This document shows, in pieces, positions 9,589-20,513 of a DNA stretch of 64,000 nucleotides. The notes beneath the pieces are model-generated. The model was not told the DNA's origin. It did no database searches and saw only the letters and a program-made list of their open reading frames with translations. The stretch comes from a bacterium. GTDB taxonomy: Bacteria; UBA8248. The translations under genes and the position numbers were made by a program. The stretch is from assembly GCA_965213625.1 (NCBI GenBank), contig CBDBZU010000004.1:2240001-2304000 (forward strand), written 5' to 3'. The first letter of the stretch is position 1. Every line of letters starts with the position of its first letter.

Positions 9589-11943
9589 ATGGATGATCGC
9601 ACACTGCAAGGCATTGAATTCGCAAGTGTTCTGAAGCTGCTGGAGGCTCGCTGCGCCTCTGCCTCCGGCGCGGCGGCGGCCGCAGCGCTTAAGCCGTCCA
9701 CCTCGTCTTTCAAGGTCGATACCCTGCTCGATGAGACCGATGAAGCGGTGGCGCTACTCGCCGCCGGGGAATACTTGCCGCTGGCTGCCTTCGATGACCC
9801 CGAAGAGTGGCTCGAGGACATCAGACGCCGGGGAGGGAACCTTGAGGGCGAGAAATTCCTCTCGATTCTCGCTTTGCTGAACCTCGCCTCCGAGGTGCGC
9901 CGTTTCGTGGAGGAGCGCGCCGAGAGGCTGCCCAGGCTCAGGATGCGCATTCACGGCGCGGACATGCAATATCCTCTGGCCGCGCGTATCAGGCGAATTC
10001 TCGATGAGCGCGGCGAGGTGCGCGACGACGCGAGCCCCGAACTTAAGGAATCGAGAACAAAGCAGCGCGCGCTCAGGGCCGAGATACGCCGCCTGCTGGA
10101 CAGGGTGATGGCGACGCACGCGAATGCGATACAGGAAAACCTGATCGTCCAGCGGCGCGAGCGGTATCTTGTTCCCGCCAAGACAACCTACAAGCGCTCC
10201 TTCGAGGGCGTGATACAGGATCGCTCCGCGAGCGGGGAGACCCTGTTCGTCGAGCCGCTTTCGGCGGTGCCCGTCAACAACGCCATCGCCGAGGAGCGCG
10301 AGGCCGAACGCGCGGAGTTGGAGAGAATCCTGCGTGAGTTGACCGCAGAGGTGATGGCGGCGCGCGAGGCAATCGTTTATCTGGTGCAATGTCTGGCCGG
10401 GCTCGACCTCATCTGGGCGAAGGCGCGTCTGGGAGTCGATTGGCGCGGCGCGCGCGCTCAAGTGAGCGCGGAGGGAAGCATCCGGTTGCGAGCAGCGCGT
10501 CATCCCCTCCTCACGGCGGGCGTCGGCGCGGTGCCGAAAGAACAGGTGGTGCCCATCGACCTCGAGGTCGGGGGGGAGGGGGTTCGTCAACTACTTATCA
10601 CGGGGCCCAACACGGGCGGCAAGACGGTGGCCCTCAAGACGGTGGGCCTTTGCGTGGCGCTCCACCAGTGCGGCGTGCCCATACCGGCTGCGCCCGAGAG
10701 CGCCCTGCCCGTCGTCAAGACGCTCGTCGCCGACATCGGCGATGAACAGGACATTCAGCAGAACCTGAGCACCTTCTCGGGCCACATGGCGCGCGTCTCG
10801 GGCGCGGTGCGCGAGGCGAGGGAGGGCGTGCTCGTGCTCCTGGACGAGTTGGGTTCCGGCACCGACCCCGCGGAGGGTTCGGCCATCGGCGTCTCCGTGC
10901 TCGAGCATCTGGCGGCGAGCGGCGCGCTTTGCATCGTGACGACGCACCACGACGCCCTCAAGCATTACGCCTATCAGGCCGCGCACGCCGAGAACGCCTC
11001 GGTGGAGTTCGACGCCGATGACCTCTCGCCCACCTACCGGATCCGCATGGGCGCGGCGGGGCCGAGCAACGCCATGTCGGTGGCCGAGAAGATGGGTCTG
11101 CCCGAATCCGTGCTGGCGCGCGCGGATGCCCTCCTCATGAAAGGTCCTGTCCAGGTGGATCGCCTGATGGCGAACCTCTCCGATCAGGCGCGCGAGATGG
11201 AAGAAAAAGAGGCCGACCTCTCGGCCCGTCGGGTGCGGCTCGAAGCGCGCGAGGGGCAAGTCGAGTGCCAGTTAGGCGAAGAGGCGCGCCAGAGAGGCGA
11301 TGAGGCGGCCCGGTTCCTCAAGGACTTGCGGCGCGAGGCCGACGGCCTTTTGAACGAGATGCGCGGGGCCCTCGAAATGGAGGAGGCCAAGCGTATCGCG
11401 CGCGAGCGCATCCGTGAATTGAGCGCCAGAATCGAAGAAGCGCTTCCTCCGGGGCAAGAGGAGGCGGCGACGCGCGCGCCGGTTTCGTGCCGCGTGGGAG
11501 ACAGGGTGCGCATCCCGCTCATGAACTGCACGGGCGAGGTGGCCGCCTTACACGGAGAGGATGAGCTGACCGTGTCGGTAAACGGCAAATCCCTGCGCCT
11601 CTCCAGCAGCGTGGTGGAGGTTCTGGACGATACGCCGGTCGCGCCTCCACGCAGGAGCACGGTGACGCACGACGTCTTGTCGAGGGGAGATGATTTCTCG
11701 CCCGAGCTTCAACTGCGCGGCGTACGCGCGGAGCGCGCCATCGAGATGGTGGATAAATATCTCGACGACGCCGCGCTCGTGGGAATCGCGTCGGTTCGCA
11801 TCGTTCACGGCAAGGGAGAGGGGGTGCTCTCCCAGGTCATCGCAGAGAGGCTCAAGGAACACACCCTGGTGACGAAGTTCGGCCCCGCGCGGCCCGAAGA
11901 AGGCGGCTGGGGCGTTACGAACGTGGAGTTGGCCCTGCGCTGA
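9589..11943 (+). CDS. mutS2: Endonuclease MutS2
   Basis: ITGPNTGGKT Walker A, LSTFSGHM, LLDELGSGTDP, TTH, C-terminal Smr domain (IVHGKGEG). Confidence 0.96.
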   Translation: MDDRTLQGIEFASVLKLLEARCASASGAAAAAALKPSTSSFKVDTLLDETDEAVALLAAGEYLPLAAFDDPEEWLEDIRRRGGNLEGEKFLSILALLNLASEVRRFVEERAERLPRLRMRIHGADMQYPLAARIRRILDERGEVRDDASPELKESRTKQRALRAEIRRLLDRVMATHANAIQENLIVQRRERYLVPAKTTYKRSFEGVIQDRSASGETLFVEPLSAVPVNNAIAEEREAERAELERILRELTAEVMAAREAIVYLVQCLAGLDLIWAKARLGVDWRGARAQVSAEGSIRLRAARHPLLTAGVGAVPKEQVVPIDLEVGGEGVRQLLITGPNTGGKTVALKTVGLCVALHQCGVPIPAAPESALPVVKTLVADIGDEQDIQQNLSTFSGHMARVSGAVREAREGVLVLLDELGSGTDPAEGSAIGVSVLEHLAASGALCIVTTHHDALKHYAYQAAHAENASVEFDADDLSPTYRIRMGAAGPSNAMSVAEKMGLPESVLARADALLMKGPVQVDRLMANLSDQAREMEEKEADLSARRVRLEAREGQVECQLGEEARQRGDEAARFLKDLRREADGLLNEMRGALEMEEAKRIARERIRELSARIEEALPPGQEEAATRAPVSCRVGDRVRIPLMNCTGEVAALHGEDELTVSVNGKSLRLSSSVVEVLDDTPVAPPRRSTVTHDVLSRGDDFSPELQLRGVRAERAIEMVDKYLDDAALVGIASVRIVHGKGEGVLSQVIAERLKEHTLVTKFGPARPEEGGWGVTNVELALR

Positions 11944-11972
11944 TTCTTTGCTTTTTTTATGAGGTTGCTGGA

Positions 11973-13859
11973 ATGGGACGGGTACCTGAAGAGGTGGTCG
12001 ATCAGATACGGGACGGCGCTCCGATTGAAGACGTCGTCGGCGAGTTCGTGAACCTCAAGAAGGCCGGCACGAACTTCAAGGGGCTTTGTCCGTTCCACGA
12101 CGAGAAAACGCCTTCGTTCAACGTGAACCCGCGCATGGGTATCTACAAATGTTTCGGCTGCGGAGCGGGGGGCAACGTCTTTCAGTTCCTGATGCAGCAC
12201 GAAGGCATGAATTTTCCGGAAGCGCTCTCGCGCCTGGCCAAGCGCCAGGGAATCGACCTCACCCGCTATGAGGATTCCCGGGAGAGGAGTCCGCAGAAGC
12301 CCGACGCGCGCCGGAAGATACTGGCGGCGAATCGCCTGGCGGCCGATTTCTTCAAGGCGGCGCTCGAGAGCAACCCCGGCGAGCGGGGCCGCAAGTATCT
12401 GGAGGAGCGCGGCGTCACGGAAGACGCCCTCGCGAGGTTTCGGGTCGGGTTCGCGCCCCCGCGCTGGGACGCCCTCATCAAGGCCGCGGGCAAAAGGGGC
12501 GTATCGCCGGATGACCTCGCGGAGGCGGGTCTCGCGGTGCGGAGTGAAGACGGAAGTCGGATTTATGATCGCTTCAGAGACCGCATCATGTTCCCCATCC
12601 GCAACCACGAGGGCGAAATCGTGGGCTTCGGCGGGCGTTCGCTGCCCGACAGCGATTCGCGCCACGCCACCGCGAAATACGTGAATTCGCCGGATACGGC
12701 GCTCTTCAAGAAGGGCAGGACACTCTATGGCTTTTATGAAGGCAGGGAGGCGATTCGCGAGAAAAAGCGCGCCCTGGTGACGGAGGGGTATTTCGACGTC
12801 ATATCGCTTTGGCGGCATGGGTTCCGGGAGGCCGTAGCGCCCCTCGGCACCGCGCTGACCGCCGAGCACATCAGGAGCTTGCGGGCGCACGCCGAGGAAC
12901 TCGTGTTCGTCTTCGATCCCGATGCCGCCGGTCTCGCGGCGTCTGAGCGCGCGGGTTCGGTGGCGGGGCGTATGCTCGGCCTCGCAGGCGCGCCCGATCT
13001 GCTCGTGGCCAGTGATTTGATGCGCAAGAATTTCATCGATCGCGACGGGGCGGGCGCCGTGCGCCTCAAGGTGGTGAACCTGCCTGAGGGGCGCGACGTC
13101 GATACGTTTTTGGGAGAAAACGGGGCGGAGGATTTCGCCGGCCTCCTCTCCTCCGCGCAGGGAATCCTGGAGAACACCATCCAGACGGCGATGTCCGGAA
13201 TCACCGCTGGCGCGAGCCAGGCCGAGAAAATCGAGGGCATCCAGCGGCTCTTGCCCATCCTCGGGACTTGCCACCGCAGCGTTCAGGACCAATATTTGGC
13301 CTTGTTGGAGGATCAGCTCGGGATCCCCTATCCCACGCTGACGGCCATGGTGAGGAGAATGCTGGCGGAAAACGCCCGGGAAAGCTCGCCCCGAAGAGAG
13401 GAAGAGAAGGTCGATCTGCTGGGAGTGAACCTCGAGCGTCCAAAGTTCGAGATGGACGCCCTGCAGCTTTTGCTGATGAAGCCGGAGTTGGCGTCCGAGG
13501 TGCCCGATGGCTTGTTGACCGACCCGGCGGTAAACGAGGTCCTCTCCCTCATGAAGTCACAGGATGCGGCCTCGCTCACGGCGGCTTCCATCGCGGACAG
13601 GCTGGAGAGCCCCGCCGCGAGCGCATTGGTGGTGGAGTTGGCCGTCGTCGAGGTGGAGCCCGAAGAAGTGGAGGCGGAGCTTTTCGATTGCATCGAGAGG
13701 CTCAAGGAGCGCCGCCGGCGAAAGGTGGAAGAGGATTTAATGAAGCGCATCGAACAGACGCGCAGGCAAGAGGGGGAGGATTCCCCTGAAATGTGGAAAC
13801 TTCTGGAGCGGAAAAACGCGCTTCTGCGCGAGCGGCAACGAACGGCCTCGCCGCGCTGA
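11973..13859 (+). CDS. dnaG: DNA primase
   Basis: CPFHDEKTPSF..CFGC zinc finger, DRFRDRIMFPI, KYVNSP, EGYFD, TOPRIM FDPD. Confidence 0.97.
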   Translation: MGRVPEEVVDQIRDGAPIEDVVGEFVNLKKAGTNFKGLCPFHDEKTPSFNVNPRMGIYKCFGCGAGGNVFQFLMQHEGMNFPEALSRLAKRQGIDLTRYEDSRERSPQKPDARRKILAANRLAADFFKAALESNPGERGRKYLEERGVTEDALARFRVGFAPPRWDALIKAAGKRGVSPDDLAEAGLAVRSEDGSRIYDRFRDRIMFPIRNHEGEIVGFGGRSLPDSDSRHATAKYVNSPDTALFKKGRTLYGFYEGREAIREKKRALVTEGYFDVISLWRHGFREAVAPLGTALTAEHIRSLRAHAEELVFVFDPDAAGLAASERAGSVAGRMLGLAGAPDLLVASDLMRKNFIDRDGAGAVRLKVVNLPEGRDVDTFLGENGAEDFAGLLSSAQGILENTIQTAMSGITAGASQAEKIEGIQRLLPILGTCHRSVQDQYLALLEDQLGIPYPTLTAMVRRMLAENARESSPRREEEKVDLLGVNLERPKFEMDALQLLLMKPELASEVPDGLLTDPAVNEVLSLMKSQDAASLTAASIADRLESPAASALVVELAVVEVEPEEVEAELFDCIERLKERRRRKVEEDLMKRIEQTRRQEGEDSPEMWKLLERKNALLRERQRTASPR

Positions 13860-13936
13860 AGCTTTTTTGAGGGTTTTGTTTTTGTCATGAATTCGCAGTG
13901 CTTTAACTGCCTGGCCGGATGAAAAGGAGAGTCACA

Positions 13937-15721
13937 TTGGCGCAAGCGACGCAGGCGAAAAAAGAGAAAAAAGTAGATGACGTCAAGAATCTGATCGACC
14001 TCGGGAAGGAGAAGGGCTTTCTCACCTATGAAGAGGTGAACGACGTTTTGCCGCCCGACGTAACCTCGCCCGAGGTCATCGATGACATCATGGTGCTCTT
14101 CAGCGACATGGACATCGAGATTCTCGACACCGAATCGGCGGAGAAGCGCGCCGCCAAGAAAAAGAGCGAGTCGGGGAGTTCGGGGAAAGAGGGATCGGAG
14201 ACGATTAGTTCGTTCGATGATTCCACGTACGGGAAAACCGACGACCCCATGCGCATGTACCTGCGAGAGATGGGGCAGATTCCCCTCCTGAGCCGGGAGG
14301 GCGAAATTACGATCGCAAAGAAGATTGAAGAGGGCCAAATCGAAGTGTGCCAGGCGGCGGTGAGCACACAGGTGGCGATTGACGCCGTCCTGGACCTGGC
14401 CGATCAACTCAAGAAAGGTGAACTCGGCGTGACCGAACTCGTCGTCGTCACGAACGAGACGGCCTCGGATGATGAGGAGCGGGAAAAGCCGACGTATGAA
14501 GAGGACAAGCGGCGCATCCTGAAACTCGTGACCAGGCTGAAAACGCAACTCCGCACCCTGGAGAAGAGAAAAACGGAGAAAGACAATCCCGCCAACTTGC
14601 AGAGAGCGCGCGACAGGGTGGCGGCCTGCATCCGTGAGATGAACCTGCGGCCCGAGCGCGTCGACAGCATCGCCGAACGGGTGAGGTCCTATGTCGAGAC
14701 GATGCGCAAATATCAGGAGGAGATCCAGGGATATCTCCGGCAGGTGGAGATGGAGGAATCCGAACTGCGGTCCGTGATTCGCGAGATCACAAAGGCGAAG
14801 GGCAAAAATGGCGGCCCCGCGATTCGAACCGTCGGGGAGAAGCGTATTCCCGTCAGCATTCTCTCCGAGTATGATCGCCGCATCAAAAACGTGCGCCGCA
14901 AAATTCGCGCGACGGAAAAGGAGGCGGGCGCCTCGCGCGAGGACCTCGAGAATTCCCTGAAGATGATCCGCCGCGGCCGCCGCAAGGACCGCCGGGCGAA
15001 AAAAGAGCTCGCCGAGGCGAATCTGCGTCTCGTCGTGAGCATCGCCAAGAAATACACGAACCGGGGGCTCCAGTTCCTGGACCTGATTCAGGAGGGCAAC
15101 ATCGGCCTGATGAAGGCGGTGGACAAGTTCGAATACAAGCGCGGCTACAAGTTCAGCACCTATGCCACCTGGTGGATTCGCCAGGCCATCACCCGGGCGA
15201 TTGCCGATCAGGCGCGGACGATCCGCATCCCCGTGCACATGATCGAGACTATCAACAAGCTCATCCGCACCTCGAGGCAGCTCATTCAGGAACTCGGACG
15301 CGAGCCGCTGCCCGAAGAAATCGCCGTGAAGATGGATATGCCCGTCGACAAGGTGAGAAAGGTGCTCAAGATTGCCAAGGAGCCCATCAGCCTCGAGACG
15401 CCCATCGGCGAGGAGGAAGACAGCCAGTTGGGCGACTTCATCGAGGACAAGAAGGCCGAGGTGCCGCAGGATTCCGTCATCAAGCTGAACCTCAAGGAAC
15501 AGACACAGAAGGTGCTCCAGACCCTCAGCCCGCGCGAGGAGAAGGTGCTGCGCAAGCGCTTCGGCATCGGGGCGGAGAACGAGCACACGCTCGAGGAGGT
15601 AGGGCAGGATTTCGACGTGACCCGTGAGCGCATCCGCCAGATCGAGGCGAAAGCGCTCAGAAAACTTCGCCATCCTTCACGGAGCAAGAAGCTCAAGAGC
15701 TTTATCGAAGAAGAAGTGTAA
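13937..15721 (+). CDS. rpoD: RNA polymerase sigma factor RpoD
   Basis: Region 1.1, [39 protein letters not shown]; TTG start after AGGAG. Confidence 0.98.
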   Translation: MAQATQAKKEKKVDDVKNLIDLGKEKGFLTYEEVNDVLPPDVTSPEVIDDIMVLFSDMDIEILDTESAEKRAAKKKSESGSSGKEGSETISSFDDSTYGKTDDPMRMYLREMGQIPLLSREGEITIAKKIEEGQIEVCQAAVSTQVAIDAVLDLADQLKKGELGVTELVVVTNETASDDEEREKPTYEEDKRRILKLVTRLKTQLRTLEKRKTEKDNPANLQRARDRVAACIREMNLRPERVDSIAERVRSYVETMRKYQEEIQGYLRQVEMEESELRSVIREITKAKGKNGGPAIRTVGEKRIPVSILSEYDRRIKNVRRKIRATEKEAGASREDLENSLKMIRRGRRKDRRAKKELAEANLRLVVSIAKKYTNRGLQFLDLIQEGNIGLMKAVDKFEYKRGYKFSTYATWWIRQAITRAIADQARTIRIPVHMIETINKLIRTSRQLIQELGREPLPEEIAVKMDMPVDKVRKVLKIAKEPISLETPIGEEEDSQLGDFIEDKKAEVPQDSVIKLNLKEQTQKVLQTLSPREEKVLRKRFGIGAENEHTLEEVGQDFDVTRERIRQIEAKALRKLRHPSRSKKLKSFIEEEV

Positions 15722-15739
15722 GCCGTAAACCTCGCGCGA

Positions 15740-15769
15740 TTGACATTGAACGCGCGCGGGGCCATATAT
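15740..15769 (+). promoter_or_regulatory. Putative sigma70 promoter for the tRNA
   Basis: TTGACA at 15740 followed by a weak CATATAT -10-like element. Confidence 0.4.
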
Positions 15770-15848
15770 GCACAGCGAACGCGCGGCGCCCGAGGCGGAG
15801 GACTCACCGATCTCCCGATGCGCCCCTCTTGAAGGACGCGTTGCTATC

Positions 15849-15923
15849 GGGCCCATAGCTCAGCGGTAGAGCCGCCGGCTCATAACCGGCTGGTCCTTGG
15901 TTCGAATCCAGGTGGGCCCACCA
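15849..15923 (+). tRNA. tRNA with CAT anticodon, probably tRNA-Ile2 (lysidine-modified)
   Basis: GGGCCCA/TGGGCCC acceptor stem, CT-CAT-AA anticodon loop, GGTTCGAATCC T arm, encoded CCA; position after rpoD resembles ileX. Confidence 0.92.
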
Positions 15924-15968
15924 AGCGATTTCTGGCTGATAACCAAACGATGCGAGGAGTATGACGTA

Positions 15969-16721
15969 GTGCACCCGGAATTGGCGGCCTTGATGGAACT
16001 TCAGGCGATCGATGTAAAGTTGGATCAATGCCGCGATGCGATTTCGCAAATCCCTGCGTTTATCGAAAAGGAAAAACAATATCTGGCGAGTTTCGAGTCA
16101 TCCGTTGAGGAACTCGAAGGGGAAGTAGAAGCCGCCAGGAAGAAACTGCGTGATGCGGAGGGTGAAATCCAATCCTTCGATCAGAAGCTCAGAGACACGC
16201 GCGGCAAGCAGACGCTTGTCAAGACGAACGAGGAATATCGCGCCCTGGGCACAGAGATCGAAGGGTATCAAAACCGAATCAGCGCTCTTGAGGATACCGT
16301 TCTCGAGATCATGGAAAGTATGCCGGCGCACGAAGAGAAACTCGCCGGTGCGCGTGAGGAGTTGGAGGCGGCCCGCGGCAAGGTGCAGGGCGAGGTGAAG
16401 AAGCATGAAAACCATCGCGCGGATTTCGAACGTGAACTAGGCGAACTTCTCGATAAGTCGAAAACCCTCGCAGGCGGCGTGGGCGAAGAATGGATGAAGC
16501 GCTACCAGGGCTTGAGAAAAGCCCGGAAGGGGTTGGCCGTCTGCGCGGTCGTCAATCGCACCTGTCAGGGCTGCCGCACGGCGGAGACCATCAAGCGCTT
16601 TTTGGAGATCAGGGATTCTGAGGACAGGATTTACGAGTGCTCGAATTGCAAGCGCATCCTCTATTACCAGGAAGAGGGTGAGGGTGTGGAGTTGAGCTTA
16701 CCGGCGGTGGACCCTGAATGA
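15969..16721 (+). CDS. Coiled-coil protein with C4 zinc ribbon (DUF164 type)
   Basis: Long coiled coil followed by CQGC..CSNCKRIL. Confidence 0.85.
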   Translation: MHPELAALMELQAIDVKLDQCRDAISQIPAFIEKEKQYLASFESSVEELEGEVEAARKKLRDAEGEIQSFDQKLRDTRGKQTLVKTNEEYRALGTEIEGYQNRISALEDTVLEIMESMPAHEEKLAGAREELEAARGKVQGEVKKHENHRADFERELGELLDKSKTLAGGVGEEWMKRYQGLRKARKGLAVCAVVNRTCQGCRTAETIKRFLEIRDSEDRIYECSNCKRILYYQEEGEGVELSLPAVDPE

Positions 16722-17131
16722 GGACGGGCCACCTTCGGATTCACACGGATGGCGCTGCCCGGGGGAATCCGGGCCCAGCAGGCGCCGCCGCTTTGTTGTA
16801 TGACGATGCGGGCAATTGCGTGGCCGAAGAAACCAGGTATCTGGGAACGGCGACGAATAACGTGGCGGAATACCAGGCGTTTTTGCTGGGCCTTGAGCGT
16901 GCGATGAAACTCGGCGCCAGGAGCGTGGAAGTCGTGACGGATTCCGAACTCATGGCCCGCCAGTGGAGCGGAGAATATCGGGTCAGGAACAAGGCCCTCA
17001 AGCCCTTGTATGAGCAGGCGAAGGAAGCGGCCCGAATAATCGGCTCCATCGAGGTGCGCCATGTGCGCCGCGGCGAAAACACGGCGGCCGACGCCGCCGC
17101 CAATCGCGCCATCGACAGCGGGATGGATTGA
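16718..17131 (+). CDS. rnhA: Ribonuclease HI family protein
   Basis: TDGAARGNPGPAG, TNNVAEY, DSEL, HVRRGENTAAD. Confidence 0.9.
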   Translation: MRTGHLRIHTDGAARGNPGPAGAAALLYDDAGNCVAEETRYLGTATNNVAEYQAFLLGLERAMKLGARSVEVVTDSELMARQWSGEYRVRNKALKPLYEQAKEAARIIGSIEVRHVRRGENTAADAAANRAIDSGMD

Positions 17132-17200
17132 CGAGACGCAAGCATGAGCGAAGCTGGCCACCGGTTGTGCGTGCAACGGCGCTGGAGTATGAAATATCTA

Positions 17201-17565
<365 letters not shown>

Positions 17566-17722
17566 TCGATTTTGTTCAAATGCGCGCGCTTCATTAACCG
17601 CGAAAACGCCCGCCTCGCGTTTCCCGATGCACAGATTGGGTTGACCGTTCGAAGACGGGCGAGAGTAAAGGCGGGAAGTGGCGCGTTTTCTTCTCGAACA
17701 GTACAAAGGAAGACACAGGCGC

Positions 17723-18967
17723 ATGGAATCCCAGGTATCACCCAAAACATTGGAGCCATCGCTCATCGCCGCCGAGGCGGCTCGGGCGGCGGAGGCGATA
17801 TCCCCTCATTTGAGACCGACCCCCGCCCGACTGAGCGAGAATTTCTCCGAGCAGTTGGGAGTGGAGATTTATCTCAAGCCGGAAAATTTTCAGCGGACGG
17901 GTTCGTTCAAGGTGCGCGGCGCCCTGCACGCACTCCAAAAACTGGAGCCCGCGCAACTCCAGTGGGGCGTCGTCACCGCAAGCGCGGGCAACCATGCCCA
18001 GGGCGTGGCCTTCGCAGCCAAGCAGTTGGGCGTCAGGGCCCTCGTGGTGATGCCCGAAGCCACCCCGAACACCAAACTAGACGCCGTGCGGGCCCTGGGC
18101 GCTGAAACGGAACTTTACGGCGCATCTTTCGATGACGCCTATGCGCGCGCCCACGCCTACGAGGAAGAGCGCGGCCTCACGATGATACCGCCTTTCGATC
18201 ACCCCGACGTCATTGCGGGCCAGGGTACGCTGGGCCTCGAGATTTTGGAAGAAGTGCCCGATGTGGGGACCATCCTCGTTCCCGTCGGAGGTGGCGGCCT
18301 GATCTCGGGCCTCGCCGCGGTGGTGAAGACCCGTAAACCCGACGTCCGCCTCATCGGCGTGGTGGCGCAGGGCGCCGCGGCGCTCATGCGCTCGCTCGAT
18401 GCGGGGAAAATCGTCGAATCGAAAACGGTCCAGACGATTGCGGACGGCATCGCCGTCAAGAGAAACGGAGAACTTTGTTTTCCCCTGATTCAGGACCTCG
18501 TGGATCAGGTGGTATCGGTTTCGGACGATGCGATGGCCAACGCCATCCTGGGACTCCTGGAGCGTGAGCGGATGCTGAGCGAGGCGGCCGGGGCTTCCTC
18601 CCTCGCGGCGCTCATCGAGAGAAAAACCAGGGTGAGCGGCAAGGTGGTCGCCCTGATCAGCGGCGGGAATCTGGACGTCAACCTGCTCTCGCGCATTATC
18701 GGCAAGGGTCTGGCGCTCGCGAACCGCTTCGCGCGGATACAGGTGCCGCTGCACGATGCGCCCGGCGCGCTGATGCGTCTCTCTAAAATCGTGGCCGATT
18801 GCCGGGTGAACATCATCCACATCGAGCACGACAGGCTTTCGACGGAAGTGCCCATCAACCATACCCTCTCGACCCTCCACATGGAGGTGCGCGGACGGGA
18901 ACATCTCGAACAACTCATACAGCTTCTCCTCCAGGAAGGATATGAAGTGCGCCGGGAGGAAGCATAG
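17723..18967 (+). CDS. ilvA: Threonine ammonia-lyase with a single ACT domain
   Basis: ENFQRTGSFKVRG, SAGNHAQG, VGGGGL, SGGN, C-terminal ACT domain. Confidence 0.92.
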   Translation: MESQVSPKTLEPSLIAAEAARAAEAISPHLRPTPARLSENFSEQLGVEIYLKPENFQRTGSFKVRGALHALQKLEPAQLQWGVVTASAGNHAQGVAFAAKQLGVRALVVMPEATPNTKLDAVRALGAETELYGASFDDAYARAHAYEEERGLTMIPPFDHPDVIAGQGTLGLEILEEVPDVGTILVPVGGGGLISGLAAVVKTRKPDVRLIGVVAQGAAALMRSLDAGKIVESKTVQTIADGIAVKRNGELCFPLIQDLVDQVVSVSDDAMANAILGLLERERMLSEAAGASSLAALIERKTRVSGKVVALISGGNLDVNLLSRIIGKGLALANRFARIQVPLHDAPGALMRLSKIVADCRVNIIHIEHDRLSTEVPINHTLSTLHMEVRGREHLEQLIQLLLQEGYEVRREEA

Positions 18968-18970
18968 CCC

Positions 18971-20512
18971 ATGAACGAAAAGCGCCGCGCCATCATCAGC
19001 GTGAGCGACAAGAGGGGCGCCGCCGAACTGGGCGCCGCCCTGGCCGATGCGGGTTGGGAGGTGCTCTCCACCGGCGGTACGGCCAGATCGCTGCGCGATG
19101 CGGGCGTCCCCGTGCGCGAGGTTTCCGATTATACGGATCAGCCCGAAATCATGGGCGGGCGCGTCAAGACGCTTCACCCGAAAGTTCTGGGCGGCATTCT
19201 GGCGCTCTTGCCCGAGCAGGAAGAGGAGATGCGCGCGAACGATATCGCGCCCATCGACCTGGTGGCGGTGAATCTCTATCCCTTCCGGGAGACTGTCGCC
19301 AAACCAGGCGTCACGCGGGCGGAAGCAATCGAGCAGATCGATATCGGCGGCCCCACCATGGTGCGCGCGGCTTCCAAGAACCATGGCCGCGTGGCCGTAC
19401 TCGTCGATCCGGACGACTATCAGGACGCCATCGGTCACATCCGAAACGGCGGACAATTTCCGCCCGATTGGCTGGCGGGTTTGGCGCTCAAGGCGTTTCG
19501 TCACACAGCGAGTTATGACGCCGCCATATCCGGCTATCTGGGCGATGGTGATGCAGGCGCACTGCCCGAGCGGATCGAGATGAATCTCGACCGCGTCCAG
19601 TCGCTTCGCTACGGAGAGAATCCCCACCAGAAGGGCGCGCTATATCGCCTGGATGGCGCAGGCGGTTTTTCTCTTTGCGATGCGGAAATCCTGGGCGGCA
19701 AGGAACTCTCCTTCAACAATCTACTCGATGCCGCCGCCGCCGCCGAACTTGCGCATGATCTGGAAGGCGTGGGCTGCGCCATCATTAAGCACACCAATCC
19801 TTGCGGCGTGGGATTGGGGGATACCCAGGCGGCCGCCTATGAACGCGCGCTCGCATGCGATCCGGTATCGGCCTTCGGCAGCGTGATTGGCTATAACCGC
19901 AAAGTCGACGCAGATACGGCCGAGGCCATGCGTAAACTCTTCGTCGAGGCCGTGGTCGCCCCCGATTTCGACGATGAAGCGCTCGCCATTATGCGGAAGA
20001 AGAAAAATTTAAGAATCCTGCGCTTACATGGTCTGGGGGGCGATACCGCGCCTGCGGGGTTGGACATGCGCTCGATTCCCGGCGGCGTTCTCTTGCAAGA
20101 GCGCGACAGTCTGTCGGACGAGGAGTTTCACTGGGATGTCGTCACCCCCCGTGCGCCCTCAGCGGATGAGGAAAATGCGCTCAGAATCGCCTGGCGCGTG
20201 GCGCGCCACGTAAAGAGCAACGCCATCGTCATGGCCGATAAAGACGGCACGGTTGGCGTGGGCGCGGGCCAGATGAGCCGTGTGGATTCCACCCGTCTTG
20301 CGGCGGAGCGCGCTTTTTTGCCGCTCGCAGGCTGCGCCCTGGGGTCGGACGCCTTCTTCCCCTTCCGCGACGGTATCGACGCCGCGGCCTCCCACGGAGT
20401 GAAGGCGATAGCCCAGCCGGGCGGTTCCATGCGCGATGAAGAGGTCATCGAGGCTGCGGCAGAGCACGATATCGCCATGGTCTTCACGAGCAGACGCCAC
20501 TTCAGACATTGA
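18971..20512 (+). CDS. purH: Bifunctional AICAR transformylase / IMP cyclohydrolase
   Basis: SVSDK, GRVKTLHP, LRYGENPHQ, SDAFFPF, RHFRH. Confidence 0.98.
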   Translation: MNEKRRAIISVSDKRGAAELGAALADAGWEVLSTGGTARSLRDAGVPVREVSDYTDQPEIMGGRVKTLHPKVLGGILALLPEQEEEMRANDIAPIDLVAVNLYPFRETVAKPGVTRAEAIEQIDIGGPTMVRAASKNHGRVAVLVDPDDYQDAIGHIRNGGQFPPDWLAGLALKAFRHTASYDAAISGYLGDGDAGALPERIEMNLDRVQSLRYGENPHQKGALYRLDGAGGFSLCDAEILGGKELSFNNLLDAAAAAELAHDLEGVGCAIIKHTNPCGVGLGDTQAAAYERALACDPVSAFGSVIGYNRKVDADTAEAMRKLFVEAVVAPDFDDEALAIMRKKKNLRILRLHGLGGDTAPAGLDMRSIPGGVLLQERDSLSDEEFHWDVVTPRAPSADEENALRIAWRVARHVKSNAIVMADKDGTVGVGAGQMSRVDSTRLAAERAFLPLAGCALGSDAFFPFRDGIDAAASHGVKAIAQPGGSMRDEEVIEAAAEHDIAMVFTSRRHFRH

Positions 20513-20513
20513 G

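Noticed and set aside
13328-15673. 781-aa antisense ORF over dnaG/rpoD, and other long antisense ORFs such as 11805-13292, 18077-19627 and 54674-56119
   Set aside because: Shadow frames of well-conserved genes in high-GC DNA, with no recognisable motifs
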